A DNA stretch of 63,853 bases, counting the filler, from Hausera hauseri (taxonomy: Eukaryota), in NCBI GenBank assembly GCA_046269625.1. It is 12 parts of 12 records of this genome, joined end to end, with 100 filler letters (N's around TTAATTAATTAA, not from the genome) between each part and the next. Parts side by side here need not be neighbours in the genome. Positions count along the whole stretch, not along the records: positions 19,992 to 25,682 come from JBJURY010205967.1; positions 25,783 to 31,036 come from JBJURY010298389.1; positions 31,137 to 36,863 come from JBJURY010198636.1; positions 36,964 to 41,689 come from JBJURY010459800.1; 8 more parts are not named here. The stretch is one strand, 5' to 3'. The translations under genes were made by a program, and so were the position numbers. Numbering within the stretch: the first letter of the stretch is position 1; every line of letters starts with the position of its first letter. Below, one piece after another: positions 24,201 through 38,077 of this stretch. The notes beneath the pieces are model-generated. The model had not been told where the DNA came from and ran no database searches. It saw only the letters and a list, made by a program, of their open reading frames with translations.

Positions 24201-25009
24201 ATTTGAAAACATTTATTGCGGCGCGAAGCCGAAAAATATAACCCGGCGCCACAGGAGCCTGAAGAAGAAAAGCGGGCAATGTGCAAATGACAACGCAACA
24301 CATGTAGTTGGTATACGGAAAATTTGTACAGAGGTAAAATTGATGTTAGCAAGTCGAATGGACACGGTTTTGTAGTCTATCTATCTATTAAGAAAACATG
24401 GAAAAATCGATAGGAAAAATTTCTGCAAATAAAATTTCCCCCTGTTTAAGTCTGACGGTGATGGAAATTGGTCTAATACATTGCCCATAAATTGAGTAAA
24501 TTTTCATATTATAACCGCCTGACGATCAGACCAACGGATCCGCGTGAAAAATGCACATTTTGTAGAAAACAAAAAACAGCGTCAAAATCGTCATTTTTGT
24601 TTTGTGTTTTTGTAATTGCGTTTGTTGTGTAAAAATTTGTCGTGAATTTTATTTTGTACGACGACGACGACGACGATTAAAACCGAACGGTTAATAATAA
24701 ATTACAGTCGCACTATGAACATAAGCTCATAATTGAGTATTACTTATAAGGCCAGCCGGAAGCACATATCATCGGCAAAAATAGATAAATCAGGATGAAT
24801 CGAAAAAAATTTTCTAGCTCGGCGAGAGTAGAAAATATTACTGGGCTGCGCTAAATGCAAAAGAAGCAAAACAGGACATGTTTTATGAGAAATGAGACAC
24901 GAGTTACGAATTGCGCTATGTTTTGTGCAAATGTCAAATCAATGTCGGGAAATCGAATGCGCACAATTTCAACGTTGTCTGACCATGGGAACATGGTGAA
25001 AAATTGATT

Positions 25010-25234
25010 GGGAAATTTCAAAGTCTAAAAATAACCTATTGTTCAAGTCTGCTGGTTGTGGAAATGGGTTGAGTACGTAGCCCAACAGTAGTTAAGCATT
25101 GCTTATTGTAGCGGCCTCACGATCAGACCAATGGATCCGGGTGAGAAATCGTTCGTTTTGTAAAAAGTCGTGTTTAAATTTTATTTTGTACGACGAACTC
25201 AAAATTGAGTACTTCTACTACTACTACTACTACT
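25010..25234 (-). mobile_element. Polinton terminus/TIR ending in (ACT)n, i.e. 5'-AGTAGTAGT
   Basis: ctactactactactactact ends at 25234, about 1 kb from the pPolB 5' end; (AGT)n termini are typical of Polintons; a diverged copy lies at about 24410-24745. Confidence 0.75.
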
Positions 25235-25782
25235 CACAAGGAAAATGATTGTGACATATCATATTACTTCTCATAATTTTTTCGCTCTGCGATGAAGTGC
25301 GTGTATGTTGACAATGATGAAATTAAACATAACGTGACACAGATTGCTAGCACACGCACACACCAAAACTTAAGTTAATCGACGAACTGAATGGTCAGAC
25401 AATGATAAAATGTATGGCACACAATGAAATATATGTACTTCACAGATAGATTAAAGTTATTTGTATACCGATCAATGGCCAGAAACAATGTAAGTTTACA
25501 TTTATTGTATAATAATTATTATAAATTCTTATTAATTCTTATTTGCAGTTGTTTTATTAGTAATTCCTATTTGTTTTATTATGTTTTATTATTTTATTTG
25601 TTTTATACATATACCTAGAGTACAACATATTGTGTGTGCGAGGTTCAAAAAGATGAGTAGACATTTGTGTCGAAATATCTGCNNNNNNNNNNNNNNNNNN
25701 NNNNNNNNNNNNNNNNNNNNNNNNNNTTAATTAATTAANNNNNNNNNNNNNNNNNNNNNNNNNNNNNNNNNNNNNNNNNNNN

Positions 25783-27800
25783 GTATTTCATTATAATACT
25801 ATGGCAAACATCCGGCTCATGGATTGGAGCCAAGCAATCTCTGTAAAATTTGCACATCTAAAACAAAGCACTTATTTGATGAAGAGCACAAATAAGAAAA
25901 CTTACCATTTCGCAGAAGTGAATTTGGAAATAATGAAAAATATAGCCATGTCAACTTGTACTGTCTAATTTTGATAATTGATACATTAAAACAAATATAA
26001 GGAAATATTTTTAATGGTGCGGTAAATTCATGCGTTTGTTTTAATTCACCAAATGCATGAACTTGTCAGGTAATTATGCCATCGTATTGCTTGTCATTGT
26101 TTTAATGCATGAAATGATTTGTGTCGGGGCGGTTTCCATATATTACGAATCTATTAAAGCTATCAGATTCTTCGAATAATGCTTGCTTGATCGAATATTT
26201 GAGTTCTATTCGATATTTCTTCAAGATTGAATAATGTTTTCGATCATCTGACACCAGATTCGTATTTCCACATAAGCTTTCCTATCCATGTACGTTTAAA
26301 GATTTGTCGAATTCCGTGTGCTTCACCTTCAAAATCACCACTATATCTTAATCAATTTAACAAGTCATTTGCATTTAATGAGAACTTTTAGAATACGTGA
26401 AAACTTTGTTTTTTATACACAATACCGCACTGTACCGCACTAATATTCATTGCCTGATAGGTTTTCCATCATGGGAAATCGAATGCCGTCATAATATTCT
26501 TCAAATAATGCTTTCTTGACTGAGTTTTCGAGTTTGAATAGCTAAGTATTCGACTTGTAAGCACAATTTCGAACATCTAACATCATATTTCGATTCGACA
26601 TGCATGATTTCCTATCCAGGCCCGCTATTACATTTATCGATTTCAGCTTCATTGCGCTTCGAATGCACATTTTGCTTATTTCGAAATATTGATTTTATGC
26701 CTATATAGTACGGTTTCGTGGAATAATTTTTACGTATGTGAAGGTTTTCGAATACGAGGAATCGATTCCCGCCATCAGATTTTTCGAACAGTTCGATATT
26801 CGTGCCAAAAAATTTTCGAATTTCGAGTTTTTGACTCGAGATTCGAACTCGGCATAACAGATTTCGTATCTGTCCCCGCTCAATGTTATATAGAATTTTG
26901 ATTCCTTAGAACGTAAAAAACATGCTAAATCGCCAATTTCTGCACTATGGATCGATATTAATCTATAAATAATCAAAAAATTTAAATTCTAACTGCACAT
27001 TCACATAATACACCATGTTTCCTTTCGATTGCACCCGGTCATATGTCCTAATCATCTATATTGGAAATATCGGAAATTCGATCTTATTGATTTTTTCACA
27101 CTTGCACACATGTTTTTGCACTGCACGCCATATATCAAGGTGCATCTCAATGTGCTCTATCTAGCTGCACTTGACCCAGATCAATTCCATCAATCCTACG
27201 CTGCACAACTGCAAAAGTGTGAAAAGTGAAAAAGTGCCCTGGCAACCGTATCCAAGTGCACACCGCACTCGAGTTGTGCACTGAACAATACTACATCAAG
27301 TGTTGCACCTGCCTGTACATGTTGATTATTGATTTAAAATTTATAGCGGAAAGGTTTGTGGTGGTTCTAAACCAATTGGAATTATTCGAAATCCAATCAA
27401 TCGGTTTAAATTCTAACTGCACATTCATTTACAACATCAAGTGCCCTTGCGATTGCACCCGGTCCCGAGCCCCAAAGATCGATTTTTAAAAATTCAAACA
27501 TCCAATATTATTGAATTTTGCACACTTGCACATTTACTGAACACTTTCACTTGAACCAATCGATGTGAACTGATGTGCACTATCGATTAGCACTTTGTCG
27601 CGATAGATTCGATCAATACTGCACTGTGCTATTATCGATTTGTCAAAAGTGCAAAAATGTGCATAGCAACGGTGCCTGGCGACACCGTTGCTAGGCACTA
27701 TATGGATCAATAATGCACAGTGTGCACTATTGATCCGCACATGTGTAAAATCGATATCGATTACCCCCCCCCCGCGATGGGCCGAACCGCAATTTTCAAA
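25783..27800 (-). repeat. Palindrome-rich non-coding arm upstream of a Polinton pPolB (probable long TIR/subterminal region)
   Basis: 25783-27380 is a diverged reverse complement of 59580-61190; 27520-27800 is a reverse complement of about 30775-31036. Confidence 0.8.
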
Positions 27801-30774
27801 CTACTAAAGATTTTTGCGCATTTGCAGTCACGTGTGATACACGTTATAAGATTGTTACGCAATTTCCGTAAAGAGTTTTGTACTAATTAAGAACTTGTTT
27901 GAAGTCCAAAAACTATTTTCTGCATCAAACGACAGGGTTTTGTTGATATATTGTGCAAATAATAAAAAAATATCTAGTCTTACACGAAAGTCTACAATAC
28001 AGACACTTCTTACACACATAATATGTCATGATTTACCTTCTTCCTGATTCCTTTAGTTTTGTGTTATTGGAATGTCATTTTTGAAAACGTTGCATTTCAG
28101 GTATCGCCATAAAAATAAGCTCAAGAAATCATTCAATTCCTTCACCCATAAATTTCTACGAATCTAAGACAATTATTCGGTCTCCGAAATGGTCACTTAA
28201 GAAAATAAAAACATACACTAATCCTGTGTTGACGAGCATCAACTTTCATAAACTAGTAATCGTCAATTTTTTCCAACCAATACATATGCGGTATAAAATT
28301 CTATTGCAATTTGTTTAAATATACATCTCCAGCAAATGTTATTGCTATAAATAACGGACGAATTGACTTGGACTTATTCTCATAAAAAAACCAAATTAAA
28401 TCAACCAATTAGTGAACTTTCTTAAAATCAAACATAGGATTTTTCGAAATTGATACTTGATATAATCAGAAAGATGGAAAGATCTATTGTAATAAAATAT
28501 GGTTTTCTCACGAGGCAAATTTCCAGTTTGGATGATATGTAAATAATCAGAATTGTCCAGTGTTGTAATTCTAAATGTTGTATTGATGTAGCCTTTATTA
28601 ATCTTACGTATTCGTACTCCTTTCATATTCTGTTTCAGTATCATACAGATATACTTTCCTTTGCATGTGTATCGGCACCATGAGTTCAAATTTTCCTACT
28701 TTTGAAGGCGGGTCCGATGGTGATCCGAAGCGTCTTGACTGTCTGCACCTCTGTTATTTATAATAATGCAGTTTTGGATGTTCAGAAATATAGGCTCGGC
28801 ACTGTTTAGCATCATTGATGACATTTGTATCCAAGTCATAAGAATAATGAGCCACTGTTCTTTAATCTTTAATCAACCGAGAACAGTTTGCCTTCATCAG
28901 AAATCTCACTGATAATTTATATCAGATAATAGAACCTGGAAAACAATTCCAATTTTCGCCGGAGTCCAAGGTCATCAAATATTTTGGGAGTCAATTTGGG
29001 TTCGGCAGCGTTTCTTAGATTACAAATATACATACAACGAAAATGACTGCTTAATCATGAATTAATTAAGTTGATAATAAGTATAATGATAAAAATATTC
29101 ATAAATTATTTTGTGACACACACGTATTGATTACCTTCTCTGCTTGTAATTTGATGTTAATAACAGTTTTCCTAAATACTCAATCTTTCCGCAACGAAAA
29201 ACAACCAAGAGTATTAAACATTATCGGGATAGAAGTCATTCCCTGTAACTTTACTTCACGATGAACTATAAATCATGAACCAAACAACGAATGTTTTGAC
29301 TGTCCGTCCGTAAATCCAGCAGCGAACTTTATCATGGCATGTATATAATCGTCATGATGATGATCTGGTGGTTCCTCCGTTAATCACCAAACAAGAATGA
29401 ACTTCTGTCATACGTCAATAATCGAATGGTACGTCACTAGCATTCCAAATCTCTGTCTGAAGAGGTCCAACTCTCTTCATCTATCGTTCTCAATATAGTA
29501 TACTGTCAGGATCTCATAACAAATTCATCTGTAAAATCTAACATCCAGATTGAAATAGCAATAAACCATTAACAACAGAAAACTTTCATTGAAGGATAAT
29601 TAATATAGCCAAACTGATAATTGATATAATAAATCAAACACGGTCAATTTAAAAATTAAATCAGATTAGTTTAGTCGATGTAAAAATAATCACAACTGTT
29701 AAACTGTATTGCCTACATCACCAAGAACCATTGTTTGGTTTCCATTTTGATTATTCATGTATATTTTCAAAGGTCGACAGTTGATCTGGATCTCTATTGT
29801 AATCGTCTAGATGTCAACATAATTGATCGTATTCTAATTTCGTTACTCAAGTTTATCCGGAAATTCTCTTCAATTCGTAAGTCTTTGTTAAGATGGAACT
29901 GTAAATGATGTAGTCTATGCAAAAAGAATTTTCTGGTTTAATAACTAATAAATGTTACTAATAAATTGTAACAACAAAACAGAGTCCTTTGGTGAAATTT
30001 CGCAGTAAGGATTTTGTGATTTTTGTGTACGTAAAATGGTTATTTAGTGTCACGTAGAAATTGCTTTTAAACTATTTCCTTGAGGCAATTTCGAATTTCA
30101 ATTTTTGATATTGCTTACAATTAATAAAATTGCATTCCGGCTTCTTTTGAACCCGAGATTTAACAATTCAAATTGACCAATTATTGAAATTGGAGGCAGT
30201 TTTCTGATTTTGACTATATCGGATTCCAACGTAAATAAAGCAATTATAAAAATTAATAGCCGTATAATTGCACAATTACTAGTGCAATTATTTCGAACTT
30301 GATTCTTTATCTCATGCCGTTTTTAATTTCGCCATGTACTTTGGTTCTGTTAATTAAGTGTATAATAACTTCTAAACCTTTGTTTTATTTTCTTGAAATT
30401 TAAATTTGATTCTGATTTAACTTTATACTGATTTCGTAAATTTAATTTTATTCATTTCTTTTATCAATTTTGTTTTCAAAAGGAACAGGGAAGTCGAACT
30501 ACTTCCCCAGCATCTCTCGACAAAATGTCCGGATGAAAACATTTTATTACATTTGTAAATTGACTGACTTAAATTGGCACTTATACATTGGTACTTGGGT
30601 ATTTCATATGTTATCTGACTATTGGTTATTTAATTATTAGTTTGGTTAATTGATCTATTTGCCGCCTTGAGTAACAATCATTTGTACATTGCACAGACAC
30701 GGTGGGGACACTCATCAAAAGATTTAACATAATAAGAACAAGAAAGCAATTATATATAAGGATTTAAGTATGAA

Positions 30775-31036
30775 GAAAATGTGCTTTTTGTCCCACCCCG
30801 GGGGGAGTAATCGATAAATCGATTTTGCACATATGCCGATCGATAGTGCACACCGTGCACAATCGATCCATAAAGTGCCTAGCAACGGTGCCGCTAGGCA
30901 CTGTTGTTAAGGGCACTTTTGCACTTTTCACAAATCGATCGCTGCACAGTGCAGTATTAATCGAATCGATCGGGACAAAGTGCTAATCGATAGAGCACAT
31001 CAAGGCGCATCGATTGGTGCACAGTGCAAGTGTGCA
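30775..31036 (+). repeat. Second, inverted copy of the palindrome-rich arm end
   Basis: GGGGGGAGTAATCGATAAATCGATTTTGCACA matches the reverse complement of 27740-27775. Confidence 0.85.
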
Positions 31037-31789
31037 NNNNNNNNNNNNNNNNNNNNNNNNNNNNNNNNNNNNNNNNNNNNTTAATTAATTAANNNNNNNN
31101 NNNNNNNNNNNNNNNNNNNNNNNNNNNNNNNNNNNNACGTAAATTAGAAATTAATTTTTTACAAATTTTTTAGAAAAATATTTATTTAATATTTTGTAAG
31201 GTGGAACCTTACAAGGCTCCCCCGCCAGAAAAGAAAAATTAAAATTAATCAATGATTTTAATTTTTAAATTTTACGTAATTTAAATTTGTCAAAATTTGA
31301 GAATTGTGAAATTGGAGAAAATAACTCAGAATTATCACGAAATATTGGCATAGTTTTGATTGTGCCCATGATTTAGATTTTCCTTGAAGTGACGGAAACA
31401 TATGTAGTAATTAATGAAAATAAATTCAATGCGGTGCAGTTAAATGGTATTTAACATAAAGTGCAGCATAAAAATCATGTTGTTTTGTAAGTTAAATAAT
31501 TTAAATATTTAGCATTTTTCATGTACATTTCATTTTTTGTTTATTTAGTTTTCTACTATTAGGAATCAGTGTGGTTATAAAAGTTTTATTTTTATATTAT
31601 GAAATATATCACATAAGCTCCAGAATTTTTAAATTGCAAATTCAAGTTTGTTTAAATATTTAGTATTTTTGATTTTGTAAATATTTGCACAATTATGATT
31701 AGAATTTTGAACTTTTTTGGATTTTTTTTCAACTATTCAGAATGGTTAATTTATTTTAGAAGGAATTGATTTAAACTTTCGTAATGGGA

Positions 31790-32230
31790 CACGTTACTTG
31801 GCCGTCTTATGGATTACGACCAGTTTTCAATACTAAATTAATGCCGATTAGTACGTTGAACATTTCAACTTTTTCTGTAGCCAGAGCAACAGCTGCGCAC
31901 GTTACCATTGCAATCAATGTGTAACCATCATCATTTAACACGATCAAATTAATTTCGATTTTTGAATGAGGTAAGTTTTTAAAATTAATTGCTGATTGCA
32001 AAGAACTCTGCAGAAATTTGGAATGTACACTATTATGCTCATTTACGAAACCTAAACGAATTTTCTGTGAAAACAGAGCAAATCTCATGTTAACGGAACG
32101 TTGCTCTTCAGATTTCAATTCTATGGGACTAAACAGAGAAAATAACTTTAGTATCGTTATATTCTACGTATGCAGAACCATCGGCGTTGGAAATTACGGA
32201 TGAATTTAGACAGATTTTGCCTTCATTAAT
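31790..32230 (-). pseudogene. EXOSC6: Exosome RNase PH subunit MTR3-like, frameshifted
   Basis: SVISNADGSAYVEY..TKV and LQSAI...LPHSKIEI.LIVL.DDG..L...TCAAVALA..VEMF lie in different frames. Confidence 0.72.
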
Positions 32231-32573
32231 TTATTTTGCAAGTGAATTTTGACAATGTGGAATTTTATTTAATTGGTTCATATGCATCAAATGATGAATT
32301 GAATTATGGTTTTTTCAGGTTTTACTTTGTTGTTTATCGCATTATAAATACCATTTCATACGAGCAAAGGTATTTTCAAGTTAGTAATTTTATTCTATTC
32401 TTGTTTAATGTGTTTTCAATATTTAGTGAATTAATAATATTTCGTTAGGAGCATATTAAGCAAGTACCATTTATTTCGACCATTAATTTAAATCTATATG
32501 AGGATATTTTATTTTACACACGTTGATAAATACAGCATAATTTTGCCACGTTTCTTATTTTTTTTGACAACAC

Positions 32574-32804
32574 ATGGATCAAGTTTTGAATTTCATTGAA
32601 CCAGCAAAGCAATTTGCAAAAGATTCAATTCGTCTTGTTAATCGATGCACGAAACCGGACAAAAAAGGTTTGTATTGGTATTTTTTCTTTGTAACTATTT
32701 ATAAACTTATAGAATTCAAGAAAATTGCTTTTGCAACTGCCATTGGATTTTCAATAATGGGATTTAAAATGTTTAAACCTCCAACTTGTGCGTTTACTTA
32801 TTAA
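32574..32804 (+). pseudogene. SEC61G: Sec61 gamma, 3'-truncated; exons 32574-32667 and 32713 to about 32766
   Basis: [29 protein letters not shown]|[18 protein letters not shown] with a 45-nt GT-AG intron; the conserved tail IGFFVKLIHIPINNI is replaced by unrelated sequence. Confidence 0.9.
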
Positions 32805-33499
32805 TTTTAAAATGATCAAACGAATTATTTTTCATGAATAAATAAATCAGTTTTAATAATCAAAACTTTTCAGAGCTGCGTTCACATAAATTGTTTGTGG
32901 GTAAAAATGATAAACTTTTGTATGTGGTGGAATTTTAGAGGAAACAGATAATATTTGAACGCGGTAAATTAATAATAATTTTCAATTCTTAAACTCAATT
33001 TTTATTTAAAAAATTGCAATCGTTTCTGTAAATCAAAATATTAAAAGTCATTTAAAAATTAAAATGGTTGACCATAAACATACCAAGTCAAAAATTTAAT
33101 AATTGACTATTAATGAAAATTTGTTTATGATTAATCAATACATGTATATGTATATGTATTAGTTACCCAATACTGTAGAGAATTTATTACATTATTTACA
33201 GAAAAAACGCGTTTTACGATATTTTACTTTTCACTTTGAAACCTTAAAATTTGTTTTTTAATATGCAATAATTTTATGCACTATTTTATTTAACATATTT
33301 ATTGTGTATCGTTTTACGAATTCGCCCTGGTCCGCATTTAACGAATTAAAATATGATATTGTATTATAAATTTGTTTAAATATTAAAATGTTTACATTCC
33401 ATTTTTTTGCAAATATTTTGTGAAAATGTAAGTTTTTATTTACTTTCGAAAAAACGTGTATATTGTGGTAAAAACATGTTATGTAAGTCAAAAAATTTT

Positions 33500-35005
33500 A
33501 GGGTGCTAATAGAGATGTGAAAATTCGACTGTCATATCCTTTCTAACATTAGACCTTTGTGGAAATAATCAGGATGCCATAGTTATTTATAAAAAGAAAA
33601 TCCTTTAAAGGACTGGAAACCATGGCAGTACTTTGCTAAAGATTGTAAATATACATTTAACATGAAACATATGAATCCTAAAAAGGTGGAATTACAAGAA
33701 CGATTTGGCTTATTCTGTGTTGATTTGGAAAACGCTATGCATTGTGATTCTGACAACGGCAACAGGCTCGTACCATTTAGCCCGAGACAGAATCGCAAAT
33801 TTAATTACATTTTAACGAAACCCGAACAAGAATGGTTGACAGCTTCAGACATCAGAATAAATTATATCAAACTATCCGGAGAAAAACTCCATTCTAAAAG
33901 TCCACAAGAATACTTCGGTGCTTCGAATATAAAAATCGGTGGACGTCCATTTTGCAATGGACACGCATCAAAAGTCAGAAGTGGAACAAACGGAACATAC
34001 ATGTGCGATTGTCAACACAATACGTCTGGACCGATGTGTAATGAATGTGCAATTGGTTATTCCAGAAATTTCGCTTATCCAATATACCATCAAAATGCAT
34101 GCCAACGTAAAGTGTATTAATCGTGATTTTTAATTTTTGAAATAGCTTGCTTGTGTCATTCGGTTGGAACTTATCCCGGAAAGCCATGTAACAAGGATAA
34201 TGGAAAGTGTTTTTGCAAACCGGGTGTAACTGGAGATAAATGTTCTCAGTGTGCTCGAGGTTATAAGCAAACAAATTCCAAAGAAACGCCATGTAAAAGA
34301 GGTATCGATAATGAATTTTCAAATACAAGTAATGCTGTTTTAGTCACCTACAGGAATCTGGTGAGAAATGGAGGTTATTAATTGTTCTTTGATTATTATG
34401 CAATGCTTAATCTTCATGAAGAAAAATGGAATTTTAAAAGCACAATAATCATGGATTTTGGATTTTGATCGGTCATTTGTTTTTTCGATGAGGGTGAATG
34501 TGAGTATTGCCAACAAGAAGAGAAAACAATTAACTTAAAACGGTTCTGTCGGAAAGATATAAGTAATGCTTATTAAACATAACTTCCATCAAAAATTGTC
34601 TGTTTAGCTCTAAAAGTTTCACTGAGATCAAAAGAATCTCGAGAGAATTGGATTCGTTTTTCATTAACACTAGAAAACGTATGGATATCAAAAATGAATC
34701 CAGAAATCAAAGAACTCAATTTAGATATGGTAAAAGTACTTGACATTTGGGTTAACGACCGTTTAGTTAACTGTCAATGCATCGATTTTGACTTCAATCA
34801 ATCGTACTTAGTTATGTTAAAAGCACAAACGAAATATTTCATGGGAAAACGAGAACTAGTCATTACACATCGAAGCATCATTCAGGAATGGGATGATATT
34901 TTCTATGACTACTTTGATCGATTCTCAGAACTTCACGAAGCGGGTGCACGAAAATCAACAGTCGACATAGTTTCGCATGCTACCAAAAAGTTTAATCAAG
35001 TTTAA
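33500..35005 (+). CDS. Netrin (laminin VI part, two LE repeats, NTR/C345C domain); multi-exon, 5' part disrupted
   Basis: WKPWQYFAKDC, QEWLTASDIRI, CNGHAS..CDCQHNTSG, CHSVG..CKPGVTG..CARGYKQ..PC, FCRKD and NTR domain; introns 34107-34145 and 34563-34607; frameshift near 33595. Confidence 0.88.
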
Positions 35006-38000
35006 TGAACGTACTGAAAAGCTTTTGTTCAGTTTATCTGCCAGATGAGTTATGGTATAAATTTCTTTGTTAAAGGAAACTGACCTCATGTGCATGGAAA
35101 ATGACAGCAAAATAAGCGTCAGCAGCATATTGAAGCCGTCATATTGAAGAACTTTTGTGCGTCAGTCTATATGTTCATCTGTCTTGAAAATGTGATTTTT
35201 AATTGCCTGATTTTGTTATGAAGTATAGTTATTTTTTTGTTTTTCATGTTTATATACTTTATTTTTAAAAAGTTCAGTAATAGAATTTTTTGTGATGAAT
35301 TTAGGATTTAGTGTGTGACAGTTGTGTGTTCACGTGCTTTTATGCTTTTATTGTGTGCATAATCCATAAGGATTGGAAAGATGGTTGGAAATTTGTTTTA
35401 ATGTATCAATAATGTATTATATTTAATGTAAAATATTTTTCAAATCTGTAATTGTGACTTCAAAACCAAGTAGTTTGGCTGCATTTAAATTTTGCATAGA
35501 AAGCAACATAAAATTTCACACAATATGAAAGTTATGTAGTTTTCATTATGCATATTATCGCATATTATCCAAACAGATAGCATTCCTTATTTACGTGAGA
35601 TGCAATTATGTTGAAATAATGCCTTCTAGTTATATGAAATAAATTTTAAAGAAATTATAAATTGGCATTAAAATTGTCACTTGGCACAAAATTTTTTCAA
35701 GTTGATTTGGGCCAGAACCGGCATTTCACTGCTACTATCAGACGTTATATAGCAACACATTTTTCATGCTAAATATTCTATTTTATATTTATATTTGAAG
35801 AAAAGTCTACATGGGAATAGACAGAAAACATAAAATTAATCTATTTTATACATATTATTTCCATGTTGTGGTATCAGCAATTTAATTTAAAAAAAAACTG
35901 CCATTATTTTTCATAACATTATTTATTGTAAATATCTATCCTGTGACAATTAACATTGTGCAGGAAATATGAATTAAGGTTTGGACTTTCCTCAAATGTT
36001 TTGCAGTGAATACAGTGACGAAATAAGACATTAACTGTTCCACCAATTAATTGTACGATAAACACGATGGTGGATTAAAATATTAACTGTTACATCACAT
36101 GTCCACAACGAAATTAATTATGCATTCAAAATTGTTATAAATATCGAATGTGGATCGAAATATTTATTTGAACATATGTTTAGTGTTAAACATGGTCCAT
36201 TTTATGATGGTCCCCGAACGAAGAGAGGTTTGTTAATTTTACGGCGTTCGATTGTCTAATTTTAGCGATGACGAATGCACTTTAAATGTTTGACGAATAT
36301 CTTAACAAAATCGAAATATCAGAACAAAATATCCAATTTTGCAACAGTATTGACCTCAATTTCATACGTTGCAGATCACTGTCATAAAGGTACAATTTGG
36401 TTTGTTTATTTTGTGACGTTTTACGGTGATTGTTAAACTCTTTTTAAATAGGAATTTATTTTTGATAATTTGTGTTGTGTTTTACCTTAATAATCTATAT
36501 AGGATTAATGGCATGTACATTAATGGTTTTATAAAAAAAGGAAATATACCCATACATTTACAACAATATCCTGATTTCAACGTACTTTATATTTTGACCG
36601 GATGAATTTTTGTACATTTTGAAATCGAGACGGGGCGTTTCGCATGCTCGATAGGTTTTGTGTCAAAGGCTGACAACGGAAGGAGAGCACGGGATTGTGG
36701 AAATTTTAAATTCCGTAGTGAGACGACGGTTGTAGTATATCATGTTCACCGTGTTAGGTCCAGAATTGTTGGGTTCTTAGCGAACGTCCAAGGCTTCGTG
36801 CGGTTGCATGCGGCGTGTCCGTCGCTTATTAAAAGCGGTATGGGCGAGTGCCGATTCGGCACTNNNNNNNNNNNNNNNNNNNNNNNNNNNNNNNNNNNNN
36901 NNNNNNNTTAATTAATTAANNNNNNNNNNNNNNNNNNNNNNNNNNNNNNNNNNNNNNNNNNNNGATGGAAAATACATGCAAATACCATTATTTGGCATTG
37001 GGCCGAAGGGCAAGAGCCCAAGGGCTGCGGGATCCGTAACAAAAACAACAGACTGCGTGCTGTGTATAACATGAGTTGATAACACGAGTAATTAAGCCTG
37101 TATGGTGTGAGAGCCATATCATGTAATTACATGATAGTCCGGCATAAAGAACAGAGGTGGTCTGCTACAGAATTTTCTATTGCCAAGTGTGGTGCCTTAT
37201 AAACAGTTTATGAGTTATGAGTTATGAGCTGGATCATCGTCGATGCACTCCGGACAAGTGCCTTTAAGTTTATCTTTGTGCTTAGTCAGGGACGGCGCAA
37301 AATGCTTCAGTTATCTCTATCTTTTCAACTGGCACCTAGGATGTGGAGTAACGTCTCTCAACTGAATATCGTGTCCGTTGATTGTATGTGCAGATTCCTC
37401 CCACATACTTGTCATGCCTACCTAAACTAGCATATTCTGGGATGTGATCTCCAAAATTGCAATCTCTTTCTTTTTAGAAACCTGTAAATGGTATGTACTG
37501 TGTGCCAATTTTGGATCTCACATGACTAATGACTTTATTTACCATAGTTATTATGTAAAGCATTTGTTATGGAATAGAAAATGACCAATTAATTTCATAA
37601 AAAGTATTCAAAAATAAAAGAACCATATTAGTTTACATCAGTTGGATTTTTTTCAGTTAACTAATCCGCTCAGATGTATGTGATGTTCTTGTATGGGGCT
37701 GGTAAGCAACAAAATCTGTTCCTTCCATACTTGACGTCAGTTTAGTTCACAGATCTTGGATGGCTGAGTTATGCCTTCACAGTCAACAAAATTAGATAGA
37801 AAAAAACTACAGACGGGTTAAACATTTACAATGTACCACTTTATAGTGCTTGTAGAGTTTTCCCTCTTTCCACTCAAGAATTAAATTTTATTCTAAATTA
37901 AAGTGTACACGCATTTTTTACACGACTATATAGGATTTGTATTCAACTATCCGAAAGTGGAGTAAGGTCTTTGTCGTTGGATAACTACTGATGCTAGGCT

Positions 38001-38077
38001 CTCTGTAATAGGTTTTAGCGATCTTCTCAGCGACAGCTTGAGACTCATGTTGACACCTTGTAATGTGGGAAAGGGGG

